Below, piece by piece: positions 1-8,365 of a DNA stretch of 64,000 nt (within the stretch, counting starts at the first letter, position 1; every line of letters starts with the position of its first letter). Below the pieces are notes generated by a model. The model ran no database searches and had not been told where the DNA came from. It saw nothing but the letters and a program-made list of their open reading frames with translations. The stretch spans positions 79,123-143,122 of the forward strand of contig CAVYSW010000011.1 in NCBI GenBank assembly GCA_963771275.1, written 5' to 3'. Source of the DNA: an uncultured Gemmatimonadales bacterium. GTDB taxonomy: Bacteria; Gemmatimonadota; Gemmatimonadetes; Gemmatimonadales; GWC2-71-9. Made by a program: the position numbers and the translations under genes.

Positions 1-168
1 CTCACCACGGGATCGGGGTTCGACGGTCCGGGACCGAGCAGGAGGCGGTCCGGGGGACTGAGTACATTACGGGACATGGCGCGGTTCCCTGTTTTCGGTA
101 CGCGAGTACCAAAGGTACCGGGTTACCGCGCCGCTGAGCGACCCCAGCTATCGCAACCGGAGCGAGCC

Positions 169-678
169 ATGCCGATGGTCTCCCTCACGGCGCTGCCCGA
201 CACGGCGCGCCTGTGGATCTTCGCCGCCGAGCGTGCGCTGTCGCTGGCCGAGCGGCAAGCCCTGCTCGCCGACGTCGACGGCTTCCTCATGGCGTGGACG
301 GCGCACGGCGTGCCGCTCACCTGCGGTCGCGACTGGCGGCACGAGCGGTTCCTCCTCGTCGCCGTCGACGAGGCCGCGGCCGGGGTCTCCGGCTGCTCGA
401 TCGACGCGCTCACGCGGAAGCTCCGCGAGCACGAGAAGACCCTCGGGCTCGCGCTGCTCGACAACGGGCCGGTGCTCTACCGCGAGGGGAACGGGATCGC
501 CCGCGTGCCACGCGGCCGGTTCCGCGCGCTGGCTGAAGTGGGCGCGGTCTCACCCGACACCGTGGTGTTCGACAACACGGTGCAGTCGCTCGGCGCCCTG
601 CGTGCCGGCCGGTGGGAGACCGTCGCCCGCGGCAGCTGGCACGGCCGGGCCTTCTTCGGCGAGGCGAGCGGGCGCTAG
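169..678 (+). CDS. Conserved hypothetical protein (WxAHG / SGCSID family, often mislabelled 'ABC transporter ATPase')
   Basis: ORF 76..678 with probable ATG at 169. Motifs RLWIF, WTAHG, VDE..VSGCSID, VFDNTV, SWH. No Walker A motif. Confidence 0.75.
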   Translation: MPMVSLTALPDTARLWIFAAERALSLAERQALLADVDGFLMAWTAHGVPLTCGRDWRHERFLLVAVDEAAAGVSGCSIDALTRKLREHEKTLGLALLDNGPVLYREGNGIARVPRGRFRALAEVGAVSPDTVVFDNTVQSLGALRAGRWETVARGSWHGRAFFGEASGR

Positions 679-749
679 CCCCCGGGGATGCTGGCGCCGG
701 GCATTTCCGGTGGCTAGTTTGGCGTTCGGTTCCCTCCTGGACTTGAGCC

Positions 750-1871
750 ATGCGTCGCCTCGCCCTCGTCGCCCTGGCCGCCTCGCTTTTCCCCTCCGCG
801 CTGGCCGCGCAAGCCACACCGCGTCGCCCCAAGCTCCCGGCCGATGCGGACACCAACGACGCCCGTGCGTATTACGACTGGTCGCGCGGCACGGTCACGG
901 ACTGGAAGAAGGTGCACGACGCCATCTGGTGGGCGCGGCGGCTCGACCCGGGCGACACGCGCTATCTGCTCGCCATGCAGGAGGCCCTGCTGGGCCGCCA
1001 GGGATACGAGTGGCAGATGGAGCGCCTTCAAGGCGCGACCTATGTGCTCAAGTCGCCGGAATCGCGCGCCATCGATTCGGTGGCGGCGGAGGTCGTGATC
1101 CACGACCCGTTCATTCGCTACGACGCGCCCTGCATGCTCGGGGAGGGCCTCGACCGGCTGCGCGACCGCCTGGAAGCGGGCATGACCCACTACAGCAACC
1201 TGTGTTGGCGTCAGGCCAACCAGGCGTTCGCCGAGGCCCTGGCGAAGAAACCCGGCCTGCTCGACGTGCATGTCTCGCGCGCGCGCGCGTTCTTTTTCCA
1301 GCAGCTGTACGACAGCACCATCGCCGAGCTCAACGTGGTCCTCGACTCGCTCCGCCAGCGGGACATCACGTACCTCAACTTCTGGTACTACTCGAAGGCC
1401 GCGCTCGAGTACATGATCGGCATGACCGAGGAGCACCGGCAGCGTTGGGAGGCGGCCCGCGAGGCGTACGGACGGGCGCTGACGGAGGATCTCTCCTTCT
1501 ACATGGCGCACGCGCACCTCGGCTGGGTGGCGCTCGAGCAGCACGACGTCAAGACCGCGCTGGCGGAGCTCGACCTGGCGGCCGGCCTCAAACCGGACGA
1601 CGGGCTGCTCAGCCACGAGTATGGATACGCCCTGCTCGAGAACGACCGGGACGCGGATGCCGAGACGCAGCTCCGCGAGGCCATCCGCCTGGAGCCCTAT
1701 TGGGCGCTCCCCCACTTCAACCTCGCGGTCGCGCTGGCCAAGCAGGGGAAGCGTGAGTTGGCGGTGGCCGAGTATGAGGCGTTCATCGCCCGCTGTCCCA
1801 AACGCATGGAATCTCAGGTCGCGGAGGCCCGCAGCCGGATTGCGACGCTCCGCGCCGGGCCCCCGCACTGA
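750..1871 (+). CDS. Secreted tetratricopeptide-repeat protein (paralog 1)
   Basis: Signal peptide MRRLALVALAASLFPSALAAQ. C-terminal TPRs (AIRLEPYWALPHFNLAVALAKQG). Confidence 0.85.
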   Translation: MRRLALVALAASLFPSALAAQATPRRPKLPADADTNDARAYYDWSRGTVTDWKKVHDAIWWARRLDPGDTRYLLAMQEALLGRQGYEWQMERLQGATYVLKSPESRAIDSVAAEVVIHDPFIRYDAPCMLGEGLDRLRDRLEAGMTHYSNLCWRQANQAFAEALAKKPGLLDVHVSRARAFFFQQLYDSTIAELNVVLDSLRQRDITYLNFWYYSKAALEYMIGMTEEHRQRWEAAREAYGRALTEDLSFYMAHAHLGWVALEQHDVKTALAELDLAAGLKPDDGLLSHEYGYALLENDRDADAETQLREAIRLEPYWALPHFNLAVALAKQGKRELAVAEYEAFIARCPKRMESQVAEARSRIATLRAGPPH

Positions 1872-1939
1872 TGGGCGCTCGCTGGCGCCAGCCGGGACCG
1901 ATCTGTAGGTTCGCCTCGCGTTCCTTCCGGGAGCCTGCC

Positions 1940-3064
1940 ATGCGCCGCCTCGCCCTCGTCGCTCTGGCCACCTCGCTTGCCGCCCCTGCCCTGTGGGCGC
2001 AATCAACGCCCCCCCGTCCGAAGCTCGCCGCCGACGCCGACACCAACGACGCCCGCGCGTACTATCGATGGGGCAACCAGCCCGACGTCGACTGGAAAAA
2101 CACATACAACGCCTATTACTGGGCCCAGCGGCTTGCGCCCGGTGACATCACGTACCTTCGTGCGTTGTATGTCGCCTTCCTGAACCGTCACTCCTACTCG
2201 TGGCGGCGAGACTACGACAGGGGAGTCGCCAAAGTCGCCAAGTCGGACGATGCCCGCCTGCTCGACTCCCTGATCCTCGAGGTCGTCATGCGCGATCCGT
2301 ACGGCGACCGGCGATCCACCTGCCTCTTTCTTGAGGAAGGCGAGCAACAGCGGGACCAGTACATGGTCGGCTACGTCCACTACTCGAACGGCTGTTACCC
2401 CCAGGCCAATGCCGCCTTCGCGGAAGCCCTGCGCAAGGACGGCAGTCTCCTGCTGGCCCACCGCTATCGCGCGCGGAGCTTCTACTATCAGCAACAATAC
2501 GACAGCACGGTCGCCGAGCTCAACGTCCTCATCGACTCGCTGCGCGCGCGCGATGAGAAGTACCTGATGCAGGTGTACAACTCGAAGGCCATGTTCGAGT
2601 ACATGATCGGGTTCGCGGAGGCGCACCGCCATCACTGGGCCCCAGCGCGCCAGGCGTACGAGCGGGCCCTTACGGAAGACCTCTCGTTCTACATCGCGCA
2701 CCAGCGGATGGCCGAGGCCGCGCTCGAGCAGACCGACGTCAAGACCGCCCTTTTGGAGTACGATCTCGCCGTCGGGCTCAAGCCGGACAACGGCGTGCTG
2801 CGGAACGACTACGGTCGTGCCCTGTACCTGGCCGGGCACGACGCGGAGGCCGAGGTCCAGCTCCGGGAAGCCATACGGCTCGAGCCGCATTGGGCGCTGC
2901 CCTACTACAACCTCGCGGCGGCGCTCGCGTCGCTCAAGCAAGACCGACGAGGCGATCGCCCAGTACGAAGCGTTCATCGCCCGCTGCCCCAAACGTCTCG
3001 AGTCCGAAGCCGCGGAGGCCCGCGGCCGGATCGCGAAACTGCGGGGACCCTGACCTCGCCGTGA
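1940..3064 (+). CDS. Secreted TPR protein (paralog 2) with a +1 frameshift near 2936-2939; the homologous C-terminus ends at 3053
   Basis: Collinear with 750..1871 (ADADTNDARAYY, QQYDSTVAELNV, RALTEDLSFY). The tail YEAFIARCPKRLESE lies in the frame ending at TGA 3051-3053. Confidence 0.8.
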   Translation: MRRLALVALATSLAAPALWAQSTPPRPKLAADADTNDARAYYRWGNQPDVDWKNTYNAYYWAQRLAPGDITYLRALYVAFLNRHSYSWRRDYDRGVAKVAKSDDARLLDSLILEVVMRDPYGDRRSTCLFLEEGEQQRDQYMVGYVHYSNGCYPQANAAFAEALRKDGSLLLAHRYRARSFYYQQQYDSTVAELNVLIDSLRARDEKYLMQVYNSKAMFEYMIGFAEAHRHHWAPARQAYERALTEDLSFYIAHQRMAEAALEQTDVKTALLEYDLAVGLKPDNGVLRNDYGRALYLAGHDAEAEVQLREAIRLEPHWALPYYNLAAALASLKQDRRGDRPVRSVHRPLPQTSRVRSRGGPRPDRETAGTLTSP

Positions 3065-3075
3065 CGGCCGGAGAC

Positions 3076-3110
3076 GCAACGGGCCCGCGGCGCGCCGCGG
3101 GCCCCGTTGC
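3076..3110. terminator. GC-rich hairpin between convergent genes
   Basis: GCAACGGGCCCGCGG-cgcg-CCGCGGGCCCCGTTGC, a near-perfect inverted repeat with one bulged C. Confidence 0.6.
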
Positions 3111-3127
3111 CACCGCGGTGCGGTGAA

Positions 3128-3982
3128 TCAGCGCACGGTGATCTGCCGCAGCATCCCGTGCATCAGGTGCGGAGCACCGTCCTTGGCGTCCGCGACGAAG
3201 CAGGCCAGGGCGTACTCGCCCGGTGGAAGGTCCAGCGGCACCAGGTTCTCCTCCCCCGTGCTCAGCGCCACGGTTCCGCCCATCGGTCGTGCCGGCGGGG
3301 GGCCCTGCATGCTCGCCACGAACCACGCCTTCAGGTCGTCGGCGGTCTTGCCGGGCGCCAGCTGCCAGATGACGACCTCATGGGGCTGCTGCGCGCGATC
3401 GGTGACCCGCAGCGTATGGCGACCGGCCGTGAGCGGCTGCGACAGCTGGAACCCGTAGTCCACCAGGTCCAGCGAGACGTCCGCCTTGACCTCGGACTCC
3501 AGGCTCGCTGCCCGCGCAACCGCCGGTCCCGTCACGCGGAGGGCCGCGACCATGCCCTTCGCCATGTGCGGCACCATGTCGGACCCGGGGATCACGCAGA
3601 GCAGCGCGTAGTTCCCGGGCTTGAGGTCCACGATGGCCTCCGAGCTGTCGCCTGGGATCACGGCATTGGGTCCCCCGAGCAGCACGACTCCCGCCGGCGG
3701 CGGGCCTTCCGCTTGCAGGGCTCCCATCATGTCCTGGAGGGTCTTCCCCGCGGGCAGCTGGACGATCTGGATGTGATGGATGCTCGGCCCGTGGTTCACC
3801 AGGCGGATCATCGTGAGCCCTCCCGGAGTCTCCGCCGGCGCCTCGAACGCAAAGTCCTTGGTCACGATCCGCACGACGCGAGGCTTCGCAGGCTCGCTGC
3901 GGGTGGGGCCACCCGCGTGGCCGGATGGCGGCAGGGCGCCAGTAAGCGCCAGTGCCGCCGTGAGCAGCATCGTCGAACTCAT
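3128..3982 (-). CDS. Secreted protein with two cupredoxin-like (blue copper) domains
   Basis: Signal peptide. Two repeats, each with an upstream His (HHIQIV; PHEVVI) and a C-terminal C...H...M loop (LCVIPGSDMVPHMAKGM; ACFVADAKDGAPHLMHGM). Confidence 0.75.
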   Translation of the reverse strand: MSSTMLLTAALALTGALPPSGHAGGPTRSEPAKPRVVRIVTKDFAFEAPAETPGGLTMIRLVNHGPSIHHIQIVQLPAGKTLQDMMGALQAEGPPPAGVVLLGGPNAVIPGDSSEAIVDLKPGNYALLCVIPGSDMVPHMAKGMVAALRVTGPAVARAASLESEVKADVSLDLVDYGFQLSQPLTAGRHTLRVTDRAQQPHEVVIWQLAPGKTADDLKAWFVASMQGPPPARPMGGTVALSTGEENLVPLDLPPGEYALACFVADAKDGAPHLMHGMLRQITVR

Positions 3983-4222
3983 GGATCCTCCTCCCTGAGG
4001 ATGGTGACTGGCCTAGGACGGCTGGAGGCCGGGGTGGCCCGTCCGAAAGCCGACAAAGCTTATCTGGGTTCCACGGTACCCGCAACGGCGCGGGCTCCTG
4101 GGTGGGATCGGGGACCGGCGGAGCGGGTCCCGCGCCATGCCAATATGCGGACCGTGCGGTATGTTCAACCTCGGCCGGCTTTGCTCCGCCGCCGCCTACT
4201 TCAGCCTTTCTCGGAGTGTCCT

Positions 4223-5860
4223 GTGAAACCGAAGGGTCCGATTCCGACTGGCGCGCAGCTTCTCCATCAACCCGCCCTGAACAAGGGCACGGCCTTCACC
4301 GAGGCCGAGCGCGATACGTTGAAGCTGCGGGGCCTGCTGCCCCCGCGGGTGTTTACGATGCACGACCAAGAAGCCCGCATCCTCGAGAATTTTCACCTGA
4401 AGACCACCCCCCTGGAGAAGTTCGTCTTCATGACTTCCCTCCAGGACCGCAACGAGACGCTGTTCTATCGCACCATCCTCGACAACACGGCCGAGATGAT
4501 GCCTATCATCTACACGCCCACGGTGGGTGAGGCGTGCCAGCAGTGGGGCCACATCTTCCGCCGGGCCCGCGGGCTCTACATCTCCCGCTACGACAAGGGC
4601 CGCGTGCGCGACATCCTCCGCAACTGGCCTCAGCCCGAAGTGGACGTGATCGTCGTGACCGACGGCGAGCGCATCCTGGGGTTGGGCGACCAGGGCGCCC
4701 AGGGCATGGGGATCCCGATCGGCAAGCTGGCGTTGTACACCGCCCTCGCCGGAATCCACCCGCAGCGCTGCCTGCCCGTCACGCTGGACGTCGGCACCAA
4801 CAACGCGCAGTTGCTGAGCGACCCGTTCTACCCGGGTATTCTGGAGAGGCGCGTCCGCGGTGCTGAGTACGAGGCGCTCGTCGATGAGTTCGTGACCGCC
4901 GCACGGGAGACGTTCCCCGGCCTGCTCATCCAGTTCGAGGACTTCGCCACGGAGAATGCGATCCACCTGCTCGCGAAGTACCGCAACACGATCTGCATGT
5001 TCAACGACGACATTCAGGGCACGGCCGGCGTCATGCTTGCGGGCCTGATCGCCGCCAACCGGCTCACCAGGCGGCCGCTCAAGGACGAGCGCATCCTGTT
5101 CTACGGCGCGGGGGAGGCGGCGAGCGGAATCGGCAACCTGATCGTGTCGGCGCTGGTCAAGCAGGGCGTCACGCTCGACGAGGCCCGGCGCCATATCTGG
5201 TTCGTGGACTCGAAGGGACTGGTCGTGAAGTCGCGGACGGATCTCGCCCCGCACAAGCAACCCTACGCGCACGAGTACGAGTCCATCAAGCACCTGGAGG
5301 CCATTGTCGATTCGCTGAAACCCACGTGCCTCGTTGGCGTTTCCGGGCAGCCGCAGACGTTCACCGAGCACATCCTGAAGCGGATGGGCGAGTTCAACGA
5401 GCGGCCGATGATCTTCAGCCTCTCCAACCCGACGGCCAAGTCCGAGTGCACGGCGGAGCAGGCGTACCGCCATACCGATGGCCGCGCGATCTTCGCGAGC
5501 GGCAGCCCGTTCCCGCCGGTCCAGTACCAGGGCCGCACGATCCTCCCCGGACAGGGCAACAACGCCTACGTGTTCCCCGGGCTCGGGCTCGGCGTCATTG
5601 CCTCGCGCGCCAAGCACGTGACCGACGAGATGTTCTACGTCGCGGCGGACACGCTGGCCCATCTGGTGACTCAGGAGTATCTGGACCAGGGCACGATCTT
5701 CCCACCCCTCAACCGGATCCGCGAGGTGTCGGGCGCGATCGCGACCGCGGTGGCCAAGGAGGCGTACGACAGCGGGCTGGCGACCGCTCCGAAGCCGAAG
5801 GACCTCGGCACGTACGTCCGGTCGCTGATGTACCAGCCCGACTACCACTCCTACGTGTAG
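4223..5860 (+). CDS. maeA: NAD(P)-dependent malic enzyme
   Basis: LNKGTAFT, VTDGERILGLGDQG, IQFEDF, FNDDIQGT, LSNPT, GQGNNAYVFPG. Probable GTG start at 4223 after GGAG. Confidence 0.93.
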   Translation: MKPKGPIPTGAQLLHQPALNKGTAFTEAERDTLKLRGLLPPRVFTMHDQEARILENFHLKTTPLEKFVFMTSLQDRNETLFYRTILDNTAEMMPIIYTPTVGEACQQWGHIFRRARGLYISRYDKGRVRDILRNWPQPEVDVIVVTDGERILGLGDQGAQGMGIPIGKLALYTALAGIHPQRCLPVTLDVGTNNAQLLSDPFYPGILERRVRGAEYEALVDEFVTAARETFPGLLIQFEDFATENAIHLLAKYRNTICMFNDDIQGTAGVMLAGLIAANRLTRRPLKDERILFYGAGEAASGIGNLIVSALVKQGVTLDEARRHIWFVDSKGLVVKSRTDLAPHKQPYAHEYESIKHLEAIVDSLKPTCLVGVSGQPQTFTEHILKRMGEFNERPMIFSLSNPTAKSECTAEQAYRHTDGRAIFASGSPFPPVQYQGRTILPGQGNNAYVFPGLGLGVIASRAKHVTDEMFYVAADTLAHLVTQEYLDQGTIFPPLNRIREVSGAIATAVAKEAYDSGLATAPKPKDLGTYVRSLMYQPDYHSYV

Positions 5861-5884
5861 CGCTCATCGCGTGGCTGAAACGCA

Positions 5885-5913
5885 AGCGCCCAGGGCCGTC
5901 TGCCCTGGGCGCT
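5885..5913. terminator. Hairpin between convergent malic enzyme and M28 peptidase genes
   Basis: Perfect 12-bp stem AGCGCCCAGGGC-cgtct-GCCCTGGGCGCT. Confidence 0.65.
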
Positions 5914-5944
5914 GTGCATGGCGGGATGGCGGGGCGCCGCGCCG

Positions 5945-8200
5945 CTAGCGGGCGCCTGTCGCGCCTCCGAGGGCCGCGGCCGCCCCATCGAGCTCTCCGG
6001 CGACCGCCTCGAGCGCGCGCGCCACGATCCCGATCCGCGCCTCCACCTCCGGCCAGCTGCGCTGCTCGATCGCCTCGCGCACGCCCGGCAGCGTCTTCAC
6101 CCCGTAGCCCGTGTAGAAGCCGGGCGCGTAGATCTCGTGCCGGAACCACGGACGTCGCGGCAAGCCCTGGTCGGTGATCATCGCGCGCTCCGCCCCCACC
6201 AGCGCCGCGTTCACCCGGGCCGCCACGGCGGGATCGGCGGGCGCACCGGAATGCGCGAGGCTCGAATCGTAGCGCGCGGCGCTCCGCTGGAGCGCGGCGA
6301 GGGCGTTCTTCAGCGGCGCGAAATTGAGAAACGGCACGGCCGCCTGCGAGTCGGGTGGGACGTAGCGCTCCTTGGGGTCGGCGGCGAGCTGATAGGCCCG
6401 GACGGCGAGCAGTGCATCGCGCCGCGCGGTGGTCGCGCGCAGGTCATCGGTGAGCGTGCCCAGCTCCTCCACGTACCGCCCGACGTCGGTGGCGAGATTG
6501 CCGAATCGGAGCGGCAGCACGTCGGCGTCGGCCAGCCGCAGCGTGAGCCGGCCCGCCGTCTGGGCGAGGGCCACGCCGTAGGCGAACCCGGGATCACCGA
6601 ACCGCACGTAGTGATCGTATGAGTCGTAGATCGAGTGGTAGTCGCCGCCGTCGCTCTCGCCGCCGAACCCGAGGTTGAGCGCGGCGATGCCGAGGTGCTG
6701 CAGGAACGGCGTGTAGTCCGACCCCGACCCCAGCGGCGCAATCGGCAGGTCGCCCGGCGCGTCCGCCGCTGCGCCGCCCGAGACGCGCCGCCGCGCCCGT
6801 GCCCGCTCGCCGACCGAGACCCCGGTCTGCGGATCGCGCACGTCCGCCGCGACCTCGTTGACCAGGCGCTCGAGCTCGCCCGAGCCCCCGACGCCGAGGA
6901 ACCCCCGGCCGCTGCCGTCGGTGTTGATGTACGCCACCGCCTTGCGGGACAGCTCGTCCGCATGCGCCTCGACCCACTCGGTGGAGCCGAGCAGGCCCGG
7001 CTCCTCGCCGTCCCAGGCAGCGTAGATGATCGTACGCTGCGGGCGCCACCCGGTCTTGGCGAGCTGCGCCACCGCGCGCGCCTCCTCGAGCAGGGCCACC
7101 TGCCCGCTCAACGGGTCGGCCGCGCCGAACACCCAGCCGTCGTGGTGGTTGCCGCGGATCACCCACTCGTCGGGGAACCGGCTCCCCGGCAGCCGCGCGA
7201 TCACGTCGTAGGCGGGGACCAGCTGCCAGGTGAACGCGACCGCGAGCCGGACTCTGGCCGGGCCGGCGCCCAGGTGATAGGTGATCGGGAGGGCGCCGCG
7301 CCACACTTCCGGCGCCACCGGCCCCGCGAGCGCCTTGAGCAGCGGCAGCGCGTCGCCCCACGCGATCGGCAGCACGGGGATCTTGGTGAGCGTCTGCGCG
7401 TCTTCCCGTCGCAGCCGCTTGGCCTCCGGTGTGGCGCCGACCCCCGGCGTCAACGGGTCGCCCGGGTAGAGGGGCATGTCGGCCACCGAGCCCCGCTGCG
7501 CGCCGAACTCGGGCCGGAACGGCCCCTGCGGGTAGACGTCCCCCTGGGCGTAGCCATCGTCCCCGGGGTCCGAGTAGATAATGCAGCCGATCGCGCCGTG
7601 CTCGCCGGCCACCTTGGGCTTGATCCCGCGCCACGAGCCGCCGTACCGGGCGATCACGATCTTCCCCGTCACGTCGATGCCGTGCCGGGCCAGCTCGTCG
7701 TAGTCCGCCGGAACCCCGTAGTTCACGTACACCAGCTCGCCGGTGACGTCGCCGTCCACCGAGTAGGCATTGTACGGGGGGAGCCGGTCCTGCATCACCC
7801 CGGACGTCGCGTCCTCCTTGAGCGCCGGCTCGGCGAGCCTCGCCTGATAGCGCGTCGGGGCAACCAGCTCCACGACCCGGAGCGTCGGCGTCGGGAACAG
7901 CACGTCAAACCGCTCGATCGCCGTCTCATAGCCCCATGACCGGAACAGCGACGCGATGAACTCGGCGTTTTCCTTGCCGTACGGCGATCCCACGTGGTGC
8001 GGCTTCGCACTCATCCGTTTCATCCAGATCGGCAGGCTGTCGGGCGAGACCAGGCTGTCGAGCCGGGCTTCGAGCTCCCGTTGGCGCGCGGCGTGCTCGG
8101 CGGTGAACCCGAGCAGCGGGGCGTTCGTGGGTGACGGGGATGCCGCAAGAAGCAGAATGGGAAGGACGGCGCGAGGCAGCGCGCGGGCGAGCGGTTTCAT
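5945..8200 (-). CDS. M28 glutamate carboxypeptidase II-like peptidase (PA + M28 + TfR dimerisation domains)
   Basis: Signal peptide. LVYVNYG, GNHHDGWVFGAADPLSG, WDGEEPGLLGSTEW, LGSGSDY, YHSIYD, PWFRH..YAPG. Confidence 0.9.
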   Translation of the reverse strand: MKPLARALPRAVLPILLLAASPSPTNAPLLGFTAEHAARQRELEARLDSLVSPDSLPIWMKRMSAKPHHVGSPYGKENAEFIASLFRSWGYETAIERFDVLFPTPTLRVVELVAPTRYQARLAEPALKEDATSGVMQDRLPPYNAYSVDGDVTGELVYVNYGVPADYDELARHGIDVTGKIVIARYGGSWRGIKPKVAGEHGAIGCIIYSDPGDDGYAQGDVYPQGPFRPEFGAQRGSVADMPLYPGDPLTPGVGATPEAKRLRREDAQTLTKIPVLPIAWGDALPLLKALAGPVAPEVWRGALPITYHLGAGPARVRLAVAFTWQLVPAYDVIARLPGSRFPDEWVIRGNHHDGWVFGAADPLSGQVALLEEARAVAQLAKTGWRPQRTIIYAAWDGEEPGLLGSTEWVEAHADELSRKAVAYINTDGSGRGFLGVGGSGELERLVNEVAADVRDPQTGVSVGERARARRRVSGGAAADAPGDLPIAPLGSGSDYTPFLQHLGIAALNLGFGGESDGGDYHSIYDSYDHYVRFGDPGFAYGVALAQTAGRLTLRLADADVLPLRFGNLATDVGRYVEELGTLTDDLRATTARRDALLAVRAYQLAADPKERYVPPDSQAAVPFLNFAPLKNALAALQRSAARYDSSLAHSGAPADPAVAARVNAALVGAERAMITDQGLPRRPWFRHEIYAPGFYTGYGVKTLPGVREAIEQRSWPEVEARIGIVARALEAVAGELDGAAAALGGATGAR

Positions 8201-8233
8201 GGACGGCGTGACCTCCGACGGCTGCCGGGTAGA

Positions 8234-8364
8234 CAACGTGCAACGTGCAGCGTATAGCGTGTAGTGTTGGCCGACAGCCGATGGCCGGCTCCCTTCCTCA
8301 CTATTCACCTTCCACGTTTCACTTCCTTCGACATTCTACATTGGACATTGGGCATTGGGCATTC
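8234..8364. repeat. Mosaic of short 7-bp-period tandem repeats in the intergenic region
   Basis: caacgtg/caacgtg/cagcgta/tagcgtg; ggccgac/agccgat/ggccggc; tcactat/tcacctt/ccacgtt/tcacttc; gacattc/tacattg/gacattg/ggcattg/ggcattc. Confidence 0.65.
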
Positions 8365-8365
8365 C

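Noticed and set aside
1..60. GGTTCGAC resembling a tRNA T-loop
   Set aside because: No acceptor, D or anticodon stems can be built and there is no CCA end.
3107..4222. 917-aa ORF suggesting an N-terminally extended malic enzyme
   Set aside because: The extension is the antisense shadow of the cupredoxin gene; malic enzyme similarity begins near GTG 4223.
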